Both the position numbers and the translations under genes were made by a program. Source: Prevotella sp. (GTDB taxonomy: Bacteria; Bacteroidota; Bacteroidia; Bacteroidales; Dysgonomonadaceae). Taken from it: DNA of 64,000 bases. Shown here one piece after another: positions 38,008 to 48,848 of this stretch. Below the pieces are notes generated by a model. It ran no database searches. It worked only from the letters and a program-made list of their open reading frames with translations, and had not been told where the DNA came from. Position 1 is the first letter of the stretch; every line of letters begins with the position of its first letter. The stretch spans positions 96,001 through 160,000 of the forward strand of contig JAITVV010000056.1 of the NCBI GenBank assembly GCA_031285625.1. Reading direction: 5' to 3'.

Positions 38008-39103
38008 TAAAAATATACCCTATCTGAAAGGTGTAGCCGAGCAATACGGTAATGTTACTTATCTTGATGGAGCAGCATTTACCCATGAAGCTATCAAAAA
38101 TGCAGACACATTAATTGTGCGTACAGTAACCCATTTCGGCGAAGCTATATTAAAGAATACGAATGTAAAGCTAATCTGTTCTGCAACTATCGGCTACGAC
38201 CATATCGATACAGATTATTGTGATGCACATGGCATAACATGGAAAAATGCTCCCGGATCGAACTCGGGCTCAGTACAGCAATATATTGTATCAGCCCTGA
38301 TTACCATAGCAAGAAAAAAAAGATTTGATCTGAAAGATAAAACCATTGGCATTATTGGAGTTGGTAATGTAGGAAAAAAGGTGGCTAAGGCCTGTGAAAC
38401 ATTAGGAATGAGAGTCTTACAAAACGACCCTCCACGAAAAGAAGCAGAGAATGGCGTTAACTTCGTTGACCTGGAAACAATAATGGAAGAAGCTGATATT
38501 ATCACGTTCCACACCCCTCTGACTAAAGAAGGAAAATATAAAACATTCCACTTAGCCGATCAAAGTTTCTTTTCCGCATTAAAGAAAAGACCAATCATTA
38601 TCAATTCGGCCAGAGGAGGCATAGTTGATACATCTGATATCAAAGAAGCCTTAAAAGACAATCTGATGTCGGGTGCCATTATTGATTGTTGGGAAAACGA
38701 GCCACAAATAGACCATGAATATATGAATTTGGTTGATATAGCAACACCTCATATTGCAGGTTATTCTGCTGATGGAAAAGCTAATGCAACACGCATGTCA
38801 TTAGAATCAATTGCCAATTTTTACGGGCTAAGCAAAGATCCTATAACGGCTATTAAAGAGCCAAAACCATATGATGCAATTATTGACTTAAACAACTATT
38901 CCGACTCTACCAATCGCACCTATGAAGCGATTTTATATACCTATAATCCTTTACTCGATTTTGAACATTTAAAAAGTAGCCCTGAAACTTTCAAGCGGCT
39001 AAGAAACGAATATCCATTGAGAAGAGAGTATACTGCATATACAATAAGAAATGTATCAGAAAGAGAAGGAGACGTACTCACTCAATTAGGATTTAATCTA
39101 TAA
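37991..39103 (+). CDS. pdxB: Erythronate-4-phosphate dehydrogenase
   Basis: IADKNIP, ATIGYDHID, GVGNVG, HTPL, TPHIAGYSADGK, R..YPLRRE. Confidence 0.95.
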   Translation: MNIIADKNIPYLKGVAEQYGNVTYLDGAAFTHEAIKNADTLIVRTVTHFGEAILKNTNVKLICSATIGYDHIDTDYCDAHGITWKNAPGSNSGSVQQYIVSALITIARKKRFDLKDKTIGIIGVGNVGKKVAKACETLGMRVLQNDPPRKEAENGVNFVDLETIMEEADIITFHTPLTKEGKYKTFHLADQSFFSALKKRPIIINSARGGIVDTSDIKEALKDNLMSGAIIDCWENEPQIDHEYMNLVDIATPHIAGYSADGKANATRMSLESIANFYGLSKDPITAIKEPKPYDAIIDLNNYSDSTNRTYEAILYTYNPLLDFEHLKSSPETFKRLRNEYPLRREYTAYTIRNVSEREGDVLTQLGFNL

Positions 39104-39220
39104 ACAAAGAAATGCCCATAGGGCACTTCTAGTCTTGATGCATCACTGCATTTAATAGTGTTTACACAAAGTTCAGATGTATTTTATTTGAGGGAGAACA
39201 CCTGAATAAAACTCCCTTTT
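39046..39220 (-). ncRNA. Bacteroidales-1 / 6S-like RNA
   Basis: Minus strand GGGAGTTTT...GTGTTCTCCC...ACATCTGAACTT...GCATCAAGAC..GAAGTGCC...GGGCATTTCTTTGTTT resembles my recollection of the Bacteroidales-1 motif; GGTGTTCTCCCTCAA pairs 13/15 with TTGAGTGAGTACGTC, giving a long rod. Confidence 0.65.
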
Positions 39221-39224
39221 ATAG

Positions 39225-39265
39225 AAAGAATCCTAGGATGTTTTCATCCTAAGATTCTTTTTTTA
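39225..39265. terminator. Terminator hairpin downstream of susD (and of pdxB on +)
   Basis: AAAGAATCCTAGGATG-tttt-CATCCTAAGATTCTTT plus T run on +. Confidence 0.8.
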
Positions 39266-39272
39266 TTTATTC

Positions 39273-40865
39273 TTATTTATTAGCAGGATGAGGATTAGAA
39301 GTCGTTCTTGCATCCCAGAACATCTTGCTGTAATAATTATTCGTACCATCCTGCAATGTAGCTACGGCAGCTTCAAAACCAGATTGATTCAGGGTACTCT
39401 CATTTGTTGGATACTTTACACGGGCAGGCAAATCACCTTTTGTTTCAGATAATGTAGTAAAATCCAACAATGTACCATTTACTTCATGAGAATGTTCTCC
39501 CGGTTTCAACAATGTAATCGGATATCCTGTACGGCGATATTCCGACCAAGCCTCAGTTCCATTCATGTATAAGTGAATGTATTTTTGAGTTGCTACAGCT
39601 TCTGCATTCACTGTCTGACTTACTTTATCGACATAAGCTGTTATCGCATCACTGTCGAAAGCAGGGCTACCCATAACCGAACTATACATATCATTCCAAT
39701 GCTCTAGTGACGCAGTAACTCCCTTTTTATATTCATCTGTTGAGAATCCGTTATATTCAGATAAAATAAAGCATATTTCTGCATACGACATCAGCGTTAT
39801 TGTAAAATTAGGCTGAACAACCAATGGCATATCAGCATAAAAGTTAGGTGCTGCATTACGGATAGCAGCGGTCATTTCCGAACTTTGCAATCCATATGGG
39901 ATACCTATATACTTACCATTTCTCGGACTAGTATAGATAGTCAAACGAGGGTCTATCGTATTCTCCCATAAATGTGGTTTGCTATTTAATGTATCCGGCT
40001 GACCTTTGAGCAGATCAACAAAAGGTTTTGCTATAGAGAAGTCATTTCTACCATCTACAAAGAATCCCTGATAAAACATACACTGACTTGGCGAACTTTT
40101 CAGATAAGTAAACGACGCCTCATCTGCATTGCTGGTAAACACGCCTGAATTAACAGCTTCGGATATATAATTTCTCCAGTTTGAATCAACTTTAGATAAA
40201 CGCAACGCGATTTTACACTTCAATGAGTTACCAAATTTTTTCCAAGAAGAAGCATCTCCTCCATAAATTTCGTCTCCACTTGTAAATGCTACTTCATCTT
40301 CATTAATCATACCTATAGCTTCATCAAGCTCTGTAATAAATCCATAATATAATGTTTCCATATCATCATATTTAGGATAGAGGACTTCATCTTCCAATTT
40401 AAATGCCTCGCTATAAGGGATAGAACCCCAGGTATCAACCATCAGCTGCATCAGCCATATTTTCAATATTTTGGCTGCGGCTATCTGATTATTATTATCA
40501 CCATAAACAGCCATCTGAAGTTTAGTTTCAGCATCAGTATTCAATTGCTCTATCAGAGTAAGATTTTTGGCAACACGATAAAGATGATTGAAATAGTTAT
40601 TATTCACACTCTCCCTTATCTGGTATCTGTCTTCTTCAGTATAGTTACGTTGTGCCCAGTACTGAGCATAAACCAATGCCTGACGCCCACTGAACCAGTT
40701 ATCATAAATATAATCCATCATATAAGTCTGGGCTCCGGTCATAATGGTCGGCGTAGAAACTTCCTCCGGATTGTTGGGATCAATGTTGGTCTCTTCCAAA
40801 TCTTTACATGACCCGAATGTAAAAATCAGAACGATAATGAGTAAACCTTTTATTATTGTTTTCAT
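39273..40865 (-). CDS. SusD/RagB-family lipoprotein
   Basis: Lipobox FGSC, N.DPNNP, DTWGSIPYSEA, DPRL, EAWSEYRRTGYP. Confidence 0.93.
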   Translation of the reverse strand: MKTIIKGLLIIVLIFTFGSCKDLEETNIDPNNPEEVSTPTIMTGAQTYMMDYIYDNWFSGRQALVYAQYWAQRNYTEEDRYQIRESVNNNYFNHLYRVAKNLTLIEQLNTDAETKLQMAVYGDNNNQIAAAKILKIWLMQLMVDTWGSIPYSEAFKLEDEVLYPKYDDMETLYYGFITELDEAIGMINEDEVAFTSGDEIYGGDASSWKKFGNSLKCKIALRLSKVDSNWRNYISEAVNSGVFTSNADEASFTYLKSSPSQCMFYQGFFVDGRNDFSIAKPFVDLLKGQPDTLNSKPHLWENTIDPRLTIYTSPRNGKYIGIPYGLQSSEMTAAIRNAAPNFYADMPLVVQPNFTITLMSYAEICFILSEYNGFSTDEYKKGVTASLEHWNDMYSSVMGSPAFDSDAITAYVDKVSQTVNAEAVATQKYIHLYMNGTEAWSEYRRTGYPITLLKPGEHSHEVNGTLLDFTTLSETKGDLPARVKYPTNESTLNQSGFEAAVATLQDGTNNYYSKMFWDARTTSNPHPANK

Positions 40866-40907
40866 ATTATTTCTTTATCTTTTATTATTAAACAAGATGG
40901 ACAGAGA

Positions 40908-43900
40908 TTAGAATTGTATTCCAACATTAAATCCGAAGTTTGCAGTTGAAGGTACAGCTCCACCTTCCACACCCTGTATATTCCCTGAACTAGTTGTTGC
41001 CATTTCCGGATCGAAGCTCTTATTATCAAGGCCAAACATTGCCAGATTACGACCATACGCTGAAAGTTTCAATGACTTTATATATTTGGTAGATTTCAAT
41101 GGAACCTGATATCCTATAGATACTTCACGCAGTTTGATATAATCACTTTTGAAAACACTCTGTGCAGCAGGTCCACTATATATTGAGTTGCCCCATGCTT
41201 CTGCTTCTAGACGGGTAGTGTTTGGTGTTCCGTCTGCTTTTACACCTTTTAGCAACACTCCGCCTCCATCTTCTACTGCATTACGAATTGGATTACCAAG
41301 CTCATTATTTCCTGCTGTTTCGGTAATCATACCCGAATACATACCCCACATATATGATGTAGAGAAGTATTTTCCACCAAACTGTGCATCGAACAATATG
41401 CTCAGGTCAAAATTCTTATAGCGGAAAGTATTTGACAGACCAGCCAAAGCTGTAGGATAAACACTTCCTAAGACTTCATTTCCATCAGTTGCAGCATAAG
41501 TTCCGTCATCATTCACTACTTTATTACCATTGTTATCGTATACATAATTTGTTCCCATGATAACACCATAACCCTCTCCTACACGAGCACCAATTTCAAC
41601 TTTAAACGGAGCATTTACCAGTCTGAAATATCCCTCTTCCTTATTACCAAGGAATTCTGTCACTTTATTTTTATTATGTGATAAAGTTCCGCTTATCGAC
41701 CACTCAAAGTCTTCTGTTTTAACAGGTGTTCCACGAAGTGCCAATTCAAAACCTTCATTTACAATTGTTCCTCCATTCACATACTTCGAAGTATAGCCCG
41801 TAGCACCTGAAAGCGACAATGGTATTATCTGATCTTCTGTTTTTGCATGATAATATGTGAAATCAAAACCTAAACGACTATCAAAGAATGACATATCAAG
41901 TCCGGTTTCGAACGAATACGTAGACTCCGGTTTTAACTCTGCATTTTTCTTCACACCATTTATATAGTATGCATGATCTCCATCAAACGAAGTATAATAT
42001 GTATATGTATCTCTTATATTATAAGGATCTGTATCATTACCTACTTTCGCCCAACCGATACGTAATTTGCCCAAGGACAACCAGTCTTTTTTCGCCAATT
42101 CAGAGAATAAGAAGCTACCTGTTACAGAAGGGTATAAATACGAGTTGCTTCCCTTTGGCAATGTTGAAGACCAGTCGTTACGCAATGTAAGATCCAGATA
42201 TACAAAACTCTTATAACCTACTGTTGCATTCCCGAATACACTGTTGATAGATTTCTTTGTCTGCTCATTTTCAGATCTTGCTGTATATTTCGAATTTTTC
42301 AAGTTATAAAATTCAGGAATAACAAGCCCTCCGACCGATTCTCCAATCAATTCTTCATATTTACGATACATTATGTTGGCTCCGACATTTACATCCAATG
42401 TAATATGTTCATTAAAACGATCGGAGAATGTAACTAAAAATTCATGGTTTATTTCGTGTTGTTGCCTGTGTGCCTCCATATAGCGGGACTGTTCCTGAGA
42501 ATACACTGCATTTCTTTCAAACTGTTTGTCACTGAAATAATCAAGATTTGCTTTATATTGTGCTTTCAGATTCGGAAGAATTGTAAATTTAATCCCAACA
42601 TTTCCATACAGACGGTCACGGGTGTCATTCTGATAATTCATATAACGAGACCAATACGGATTATTTGAATATGCCATTGATGGGTCATCCCATCCTACAC
42701 GATTCCATCCGGCTTGTGTTCCATCCGGAAATTTGTAGAGACTTTTCAACTCTTTCATATCAAGCTGACGCTGTCCCCACTGGACAAACTTTACCATAAC
42801 ATTATTATCTCCATATCCTGTATCAGACCGGCCTTTTGCAGCCTGATTGATATAGGTTAAATTGGTAAACATTTCGTACGTATTGTTCATCTTAATAGAA
42901 CCAGCCAGATTAATAGTATTCTTATCCAGTTTACTATTTGGCATATATCCATTCAATGTCATATTTGTATATGATACTCTCAGATTCGATTTATCTGTAG
43001 CCTGAGAGATAGTGACATTGTTCGTAAACGAATGGCCGGTCTCGAAAAATTCTCTTATGTCATTCTTTGGTGTAACCCATGCTGAAGTTGTGAGATCTCC
43101 AACCTTTCCCCCAGCTTCCCATTTGGCCAAGTCATACCATGAAAGATATTGGATATTGGAATCATATTTTGGGCCCCAGCTTTCGTCTGTATCATAATCC
43201 GGGACAAGATAGGTTTTACCATTTATATCTGTAGAAGTCAGATTAAACCCTCCACCATATTGTTTCTGTAATTTGGGCAGCTTACTTACTACTTCAAAAC
43301 CAACAGACGAATTGAAGGAGATCCCCAATCCTTTATTTTTTTCTCCTTTTTTGGTGGTTATCATTACTACTCCATTGGCAGCACGAGATCCATAAAGGGC
43401 TGATGCATTCGGACCTTTCAAGACAGATATGTCTGCAACATCATCAGGATTTATATCCTGAATAAGGTTACCATAGTCATAACCACCGGCTCCACGTGCA
43501 GCATCAGTTGTATTATAATCCGTTCCTTCAATTGGCACCCCATCAATAATAAAGAGTGGCTGGTTGTTTCCTGATAAAGATTTAACCCCACGAAGTATTA
43601 CTTTGGCGGAGCCACCCATATTACCTGTAGATCCGGTAATTTGTAACCCTGCCACTTTCCCGGATAATGCACTAACAGGATTAGAAACCCCTCCTCTCGA
43701 TTTAAGAAGTTCATCTCCTTTCACATCAGCAACCGCGTAACCTAAAGCTTTCTTTTCTTTGGTTATACCCATGGCTGTAACAACAACTTCATCCATCATC
43801 TTTGCATCCTGCTCCAGAGTAATCCTCATATCAGGCTTTGCTGTTTCTTCTTTTGTTTTCATCCCCAACAAGGAGAACACCAAAGTACTTCTGCCTTCAG

Positions 43901-44093
43901 GCAAATTAATAGAAAATGAACCATCCATGTTTGTTATGGTACCTGTAGTCGTACCTTTAACAACAACAGATACACCTATTGCCGGTTCTCCCAAATCATC
44001 AATGACTACGCCTGTAATCTTTGTTGTTTGTGCCGTAATGTATCCCAGACTTAATAAAAAGAAGGATAGAACTAATAACAACCTTTTTTCCAT
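40908..44093 (-). CDS. SusC/RagA TonB-dependent transporter
   Basis: PLFIIDG, VLKGPNASALYGSRAANGV, LKPE, C-terminal F; likely start MEKR. Confidence 0.95.
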   Translation of the reverse strand: MEKRLLLVLSFFLLSLGYITAQTTKITGVVIDDLGEPAIGVSVVVKGTTTGTITNMDGSFSINLPEGRSTLVFSLLGMKTKEETAKPDMRITLEQDAKMMDEVVVTAMGITKEKKALGYAVADVKGDELLKSRGGVSNPVSALSGKVAGLQITGSTGNMGGSAKVILRGVKSLSGNNQPLFIIDGVPIEGTDYNTTDAARGAGGYDYGNLIQDINPDDVADISVLKGPNASALYGSRAANGVVMITTKKGEKNKGLGISFNSSVGFEVVSKLPKLQKQYGGGFNLTSTDINGKTYLVPDYDTDESWGPKYDSNIQYLSWYDLAKWEAGGKVGDLTTSAWVTPKNDIREFFETGHSFTNNVTISQATDKSNLRVSYTNMTLNGYMPNSKLDKNTINLAGSIKMNNTYEMFTNLTYINQAAKGRSDTGYGDNNVMVKFVQWGQRQLDMKELKSLYKFPDGTQAGWNRVGWDDPSMAYSNNPYWSRYMNYQNDTRDRLYGNVGIKFTILPNLKAQYKANLDYFSDKQFERNAVYSQEQSRYMEAHRQQHEINHEFLVTFSDRFNEHITLDVNVGANIMYRKYEELIGESVGGLVIPEFYNLKNSKYTARSENEQTKKSINSVFGNATVGYKSFVYLDLTLRNDWSSTLPKGSNSYLYPSVTGSFLFSELAKKDWLSLGKLRIGWAKVGNDTDPYNIRDTYTYYTSFDGDHAYYINGVKKNAELKPESTYSFETGLDMSFFDSRLGFDFTYYHAKTEDQIIPLSLSGATGYTSKYVNGGTIVNEGFELALRGTPVKTEDFEWSISGTLSHNKNKVTEFLGNKEEGYFRLVNAPFKVEIGARVGEGYGVIMGTNYVYDNNGNKVVNDDGTYAATDGNEVLGSVYPTALAGLSNTFRYKNFDLSILFDAQFGGKYFSTSYMWGMYSGMITETAGNNELGNPIRNAVEDGGGVLLKGVKADGTPNTTRLEAEAWGNSIYSGPAAQSVFKSDYIKLREVSIGYQVPLKSTKYIKSLKLSAYGRNLAMFGLDNKSFDPEMATTSSGNIQGVEGGAVPSTANFGFNVGIQF

Positions 44094-44388
44094 ACTAAAC
44101 ACACTCTTTTTTTAATTAATACATCTCGATTTTAAGATATATTAAATTATTTCAAATTGACAAAATAACAAGCATAATATACTCAATTTGATATAATACA
44201 ACATTATAAATAATCTAATAGTTTTTAAAACCGACTAACAGCGGCAAATATATAATTAAATATTTTTATTTTATCATTTTTTAGATAAAAATATTCAATA
44301 TTTAATAAATATGATACATAAAAAAGTAAATAAAATCAAAATGATAGTTTTTAACACCAAAATAACAGCAATACGCATTTAGAATGGT

Positions 44389-44430
44389 AAAAAAAATGAG
44401 GGCGGAATGACATTACGTCATTCCGCCCTC
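44389..44430 (-). terminator. rpoC terminator
   Basis: GAGGGCGGAATGAC/GTCATTCCGCCCTC perfect 14-bp stem, T8 tail on minus strand. Confidence 0.92.
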
Positions 44431-44453
44431 TAACTATATAAAAGAATAATTAA

Positions 44454-47400
44454 TTATTCTACGGCATCAAAATCTACGACAGTCTTTCTGGTAGCAGCAA
44501 TTCTGTCAAAATCTTCTTTTGTACCTACAACAAGTTTTTCAAACTCACGCTGTCCTGTACCTGCCGGAAGCAAGTGACCACAGATAACGTTTTCTTTCAG
44601 TCCTTCTAATCTGTCTACTTTTGCATTGATAGCAGCATCGTTCAGAACTTTTGTAGTCTCCTGGAACGAAGCAGCAGACATAAAGCTTTGCGTTTGAAGA
44701 GCAGCACGTGTAATACCCTGAAGTATCTGATTGGCTGTAGCAGGAACCGCATCGCGTACAATAACCGGACGAAGGTCTCTACGTTTAAGCATAGAGTTTT
44801 CATCTCTCAGTTTACGCGCGGTAACGATCTGCCCCGGTTCGAAAGTAGTGGAATCACCAGCTTCAAGAACAACTTTCTTACCCCAGATTCTATCATTTTC
44901 TTCCATTACATCGTACTTGTCTATCACCTGTTGTTCAAGGAAACGTGTATCTCCCGGATCGATCACTTCTACCTTGCGCATCATCTGACGTACAATAACT
45001 TCGAAGTGTTTATCATTGATTTTCACACCTTGCAGACGATATACATCTTGTACTTCGTTTACAATATATTCCTGAACAGCTGTAGGCCCCATAATAGCCA
45101 GAATATCCGAAGGAGTTGTAGCTCCGTCCGATAAAGGCATACCAGCTCTTACAAAGTCATTTTCCTGAACAAGTATCTGTTTTGACAGAGGTACAAGGTA
45201 TTTCTTCACTTCACCTAATTTAGAAGTAACGATAACTTCCCTGTTACCACGTTTGATCTTACCAAACGAAACCTCACCATCAATTTCAGACACAACTGCC
45301 GGATTAGAAGGGTTACGAGCTTCAAACAGTTCGGTAACACGAGGAAGCCCCCCTGTGATATCCCCTGCTTTACCTACTGCACGTGGAATCTTAACAAGAA
45401 CTTCTCCGGTCTTGATAACATCACTATCTTCTTTAACAATGTGTGCACCTAATGGTAAGCTGTACATCTTGATAACCTTACCTTGTTCGTCCAAGATATG
45501 AGCTTCAGGAGCTTTAGTCTTGTCACGCGACTCAGTAATGATCTTTTCTTTCAAACCAGTCTGTTCGTCCGACTCTACTTTATATGTAACACCTTCTATT
45601 ACATTCTCAAATTTGATACGACCGGTAGCTTCAGAAATGATAACCGCATTAAATGGATCCCATTCGCAGATCAGGTCATCTTTCTTTACTTTAGCCCCAT
45701 CTTTGAAATAAAGCTTAGAACCATAAGGTATATTGTGAGTAAGAAGGACAATTTTAGTATTTGGGTCTACTAAACGTAATTCAACCAAACGGCTAACAAC
45801 AATCTGTACCTTCTTGCCTGTTTCATCAGCAGCATCTACAACACGCAGATCATCTATTTCCAATACTCCGTCATACTTAGCAACGATACTACTTTCGGTA
45901 GCAATATTGGAAGCGATACCCCCAACGTGGAATGTACGAAGTGTCAACTGTGTACCCGGCTCACCGATAGACTGTGCAGCAATAACACCAACAGCTTCAC
46001 CACGTTGAACCATACGGCCCGAAGCAAGGTTACGTCCATAACACTTACCGCAAACACCTTTCTTAGATTCGCAAGTCAGTACCGAACGTATCTCAACACT
46101 TTCGATTGGCGAGTTTTGTATGATTGTAGCTGCATCTTCTGTAATTTCATCACCTGATTTCACGATAACCTCTCCAGTCATCGGATGTTGAATATCATGT
46201 ACAGAAACACGGCCCAAGATACGTTCATATAATGAAGCAACAACTTCTTCGTTGTTTTTCAATTCTGTACAAACAAGACCACGCAATGTACCACAGTCTT
46301 CTTCATTGATGATTACATCCTGAGATACGTCAACTAGACGACGAGTAAGGTAACCCGCATCGGCTGTTTTTAACGCCGTATCGGCAAGACCTTTACGCGC
46401 ACCGTGGGTAGAGATAAAGTACTCTAACACTGACAATCCTTCTTTAAAGTTAGACAAGATCGGATTCTCAATAATCTGAGCTCCTTCTGCCCCACTCTTC
46501 TGAGGTTTCGCCATCAATCCACGCATACCTGACAACTGACGAATCTGTTCTTTAGAACCACGGGCTCCCGAATCCAACATCATATAAACGGCGTTGAATC
46601 CCTGATCATCTTCAGAAAGTTGTTTCATCAAGATATTTGACAATCTTGAGTTGATATGTGTCCATGTATCAATAATCTGGTTATAACGTTCGTTGTATGT
46701 AATGAACCCCATGTTATAGTTATTCATTATCTGTTCAACTTCTTCATAACCTTGTTGTACCAATGTATCTTTTTCTTCCGGAATGATAACATCTTCAAGG
46801 TTGAATGACAGTCCTCCGCGGAATGCCATTGCGTAACCTAGGTCTTTAATATCATCAAGGAACTGAGCTGTTTTGGCAACACCAGCAAGCTTGATTACAT
46901 TACCAATGATATCACGAAGTGATTTCTTGGAAAGAACCTCATTAACGAAACCTACTTCTACAGGAGTTTTCTCGTTTACAAGAACACGTCCTACAGTAGT
47001 TTCACGCATCATTCTGGCTACATTTCCATTCTCATCCAAGTCGTCTACATATACTTTGATAAGTGCATGTATATCTACTTTACCTTCATTGTAAGCTATA
47101 ACAGCCTCTTCTGGTCCGTAGAATGTAAGACCTTCGCCTTTTGCTCCTTTACGTATCTTAGTAATATAATACAGGCCTAACACCATGTCCTGAGAAGGTA
47201 CTGTAATAGGAGCACCATTGGCAGGGTTAAGGATATTATGAGAACCAAGCATCAACATTTGTGCTTCAAGTATAGCCTCATTACCCAATGGTAAGTGAAC
47301 AGCCATCTGGTCTCCGTCGAAGTCGGCATTGAAGGCCGTACAAGCAAGAGGATGTAACTGAATAGCTTTACCACCGATCATTTTTGGCTGGAATGCCTGA

Positions 47401-48737
47401 ATACCTAAACGGTGAAGTGTAGGAGCACGGTTAAGTAATACCGGGTGTCCTTTCATTACATGTTCAAGGATATCCCATACTACCGGTTCTTTACGGTCTA
47501 CGATTTTCTTTGCAGATTTCACCGTTTTTACTATACCGCGTTCGATAAGCTTACGGATAATAAACGGTTTGTATAATTCGGCTGCCATATCCTGAGGGAT
47601 ACCGCATTCATGCATTTTTAATTCAGGGCCAACAACAATAACCGAACGAGCTGAATAGTCAACACGTTTACCTAACAGGTTTTGACGGAAACGACCTTGT
47701 TTACCTTTCAAACTGTCGGATAGTGATTTCAGCGGACGGTTAGCGTCAGTCTTAACTGCACTTGACTTACGTGAGTTATCAAACAATGAATCTACAGCTT
47801 CCTGAAGCATACGTTTTTCATTACGCAAGATTACTTCCGGAGCTTTGATATCGATAAGCCTTTTCAAACGATTGTTACGTATAATCACACGACGATACAA
47901 GTCATTCAGGTCAGATGTAGCAAAGCGACCTCCATCAAGAGGTACAAGAGGACGAAGTTCCGGTGGAATAACAGGAACGATCTTAACGATCATCCATTCA
48001 GGTTTATTCTTACCTTTCGATCCACGGAAAGCTTCTACAACCTGTAGTTGCTTCAATGCTTCATTTTTACGTTGTTGAGATGTATCTGTACTGGCTTTAT
48101 GACGAAGCGTATTTGCCAACGAATCAAGATTGATACGTGACAATAGGTCATAGACAGCTTCTGCTCCCATTTTAGCAATAAACTTGTTAGGATCTGAATC
48201 ATCTAACAGTTGATTTTCTTTTGGAAGCCTATCCAGTATGTTTAAGTATTCTTCTTCAGTCAGAAGATCTTTTTCTGCTACTCCTTCTTCTACAGCAATA
48301 CCGGATTGAATAACTACATAACGTTCGTAGTAGATAATGGAATCCAGTTTCTTGGTAGGAATCCCAAGAAGGTAACCCATCTTGTTAGGAAGAGAACGGA
48401 AATACCAGATATGAGCTACCGGAACCACAAGATGAATATGTCCTGTACGTTCGCGGCGAACTTTCTTTTCTGTAACTTCAACCCCGCAACGATCACAGAC
48501 AATACCTTTATAACGGATTCTCTTGTATTTACCACAATGACATTCGTAGTCCTTTACAGGTCCGAATATACGTTCGCAGAAAAGTCCGTCACGCTCAGGT
48601 TTGTAAGTACGGTAGTTGATTGTTTCAGGTTTCAAAACCTCCCCGCTTGATGCTTCGAGAATTTCTTCAGGAGAAGCAAGACTTACGGTTATTTTTGAAA
48701 AGCTACTCTTTACTTTATTTTCTTTTCTAAAAGCCAT
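44454..48737 (-). CDS. rpoC: RNA polymerase beta' subunit
   Basis: NADFDGD, GKRVDYS, zinc-finger motifs. Confidence 0.99.
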   Translation of the reverse strand: MAFRKENKVKSSFSKITVSLASPEEILEASSGEVLKPETINYRTYKPERDGLFCERIFGPVKDYECHCGKYKRIRYKGIVCDRCGVEVTEKKVRRERTGHIHLVVPVAHIWYFRSLPNKMGYLLGIPTKKLDSIIYYERYVVIQSGIAVEEGVAEKDLLTEEEYLNILDRLPKENQLLDDSDPNKFIAKMGAEAVYDLLSRINLDSLANTLRHKASTDTSQQRKNEALKQLQVVEAFRGSKGKNKPEWMIVKIVPVIPPELRPLVPLDGGRFATSDLNDLYRRVIIRNNRLKRLIDIKAPEVILRNEKRMLQEAVDSLFDNSRKSSAVKTDANRPLKSLSDSLKGKQGRFRQNLLGKRVDYSARSVIVVGPELKMHECGIPQDMAAELYKPFIIRKLIERGIVKTVKSAKKIVDRKEPVVWDILEHVMKGHPVLLNRAPTLHRLGIQAFQPKMIGGKAIQLHPLACTAFNADFDGDQMAVHLPLGNEAILEAQMLMLGSHNILNPANGAPITVPSQDMVLGLYYITKIRKGAKGEGLTFYGPEEAVIAYNEGKVDIHALIKVYVDDLDENGNVARMMRETTVGRVLVNEKTPVEVGFVNEVLSKKSLRDIIGNVIKLAGVAKTAQFLDDIKDLGYAMAFRGGLSFNLEDVIIPEEKDTLVQQGYEEVEQIMNNYNMGFITYNERYNQIIDTWTHINSRLSNILMKQLSEDDQGFNAVYMMLDSGARGSKEQIRQLSGMRGLMAKPQKSGAEGAQIIENPILSNFKEGLSVLEYFISTHGARKGLADTALKTADAGYLTRRLVDVSQDVIINEEDCGTLRGLVCTELKNNEEVVASLYERILGRVSVHDIQHPMTGEVIVKSGDEITEDAATIIQNSPIESVEIRSVLTCESKKGVCGKCYGRNLASGRMVQRGEAVGVIAAQSIGEPGTQLTLRTFHVGGIASNIATESSIVAKYDGVLEIDDLRVVDAADETGKKVQIVVSRLVELRLVDPNTKIVLLTHNIPYGSKLYFKDGAKVKKDDLICEWDPFNAVIISEATGRIKFENVIEGVTYKVESDEQTGLKEKIITESRDKTKAPEAHILDEQGKVIKMYSLPLGAHIVKEDSDVIKTGEVLVKIPRAVGKAGDITGGLPRVTELFEARNPSNPAVVSEIDGEVSFGKIKRGNREVIVTSKLGEVKKYLVPLSKQILVQENDFVRAGMPLSDGATTPSDILAIMGPTAVQEYIVNEVQDVYRLQGVKINDKHFEVIVRQMMRKVEVIDPGDTRFLEQQVIDKYDVMEENDRIWGKKVVLEAGDSTTFEPGQIVTARKLRDENSMLKRRDLRPVIVRDAVPATANQILQGITRAALQTQSFMSAASFQETTKVLNDAAINAKVDRLEGLKENVICGHLLPAGTGQREFEKLVVGTKEDFDRIAATRKTVVDFDAVE

Positions 48738-48810
48738 ATACTTATAATGTGTATAAAGAGTTATTTTTTATTTGTAATGCCTCAGGTAAAACCCTTAGCT
48801 TATATATCAT

Positions 48811-48839
48811 GGTATTAGCTGGTAAAACCAGCTAATACC
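48811..48839. other. rpoB-rpoC intergenic hairpin
   Basis: GGTATTAGCTGGT-aaa-ACCAGCTAATACC; no U tail on the sense strand. Confidence 0.6.
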
Positions 48840-48848
48840 CTTCTATTT

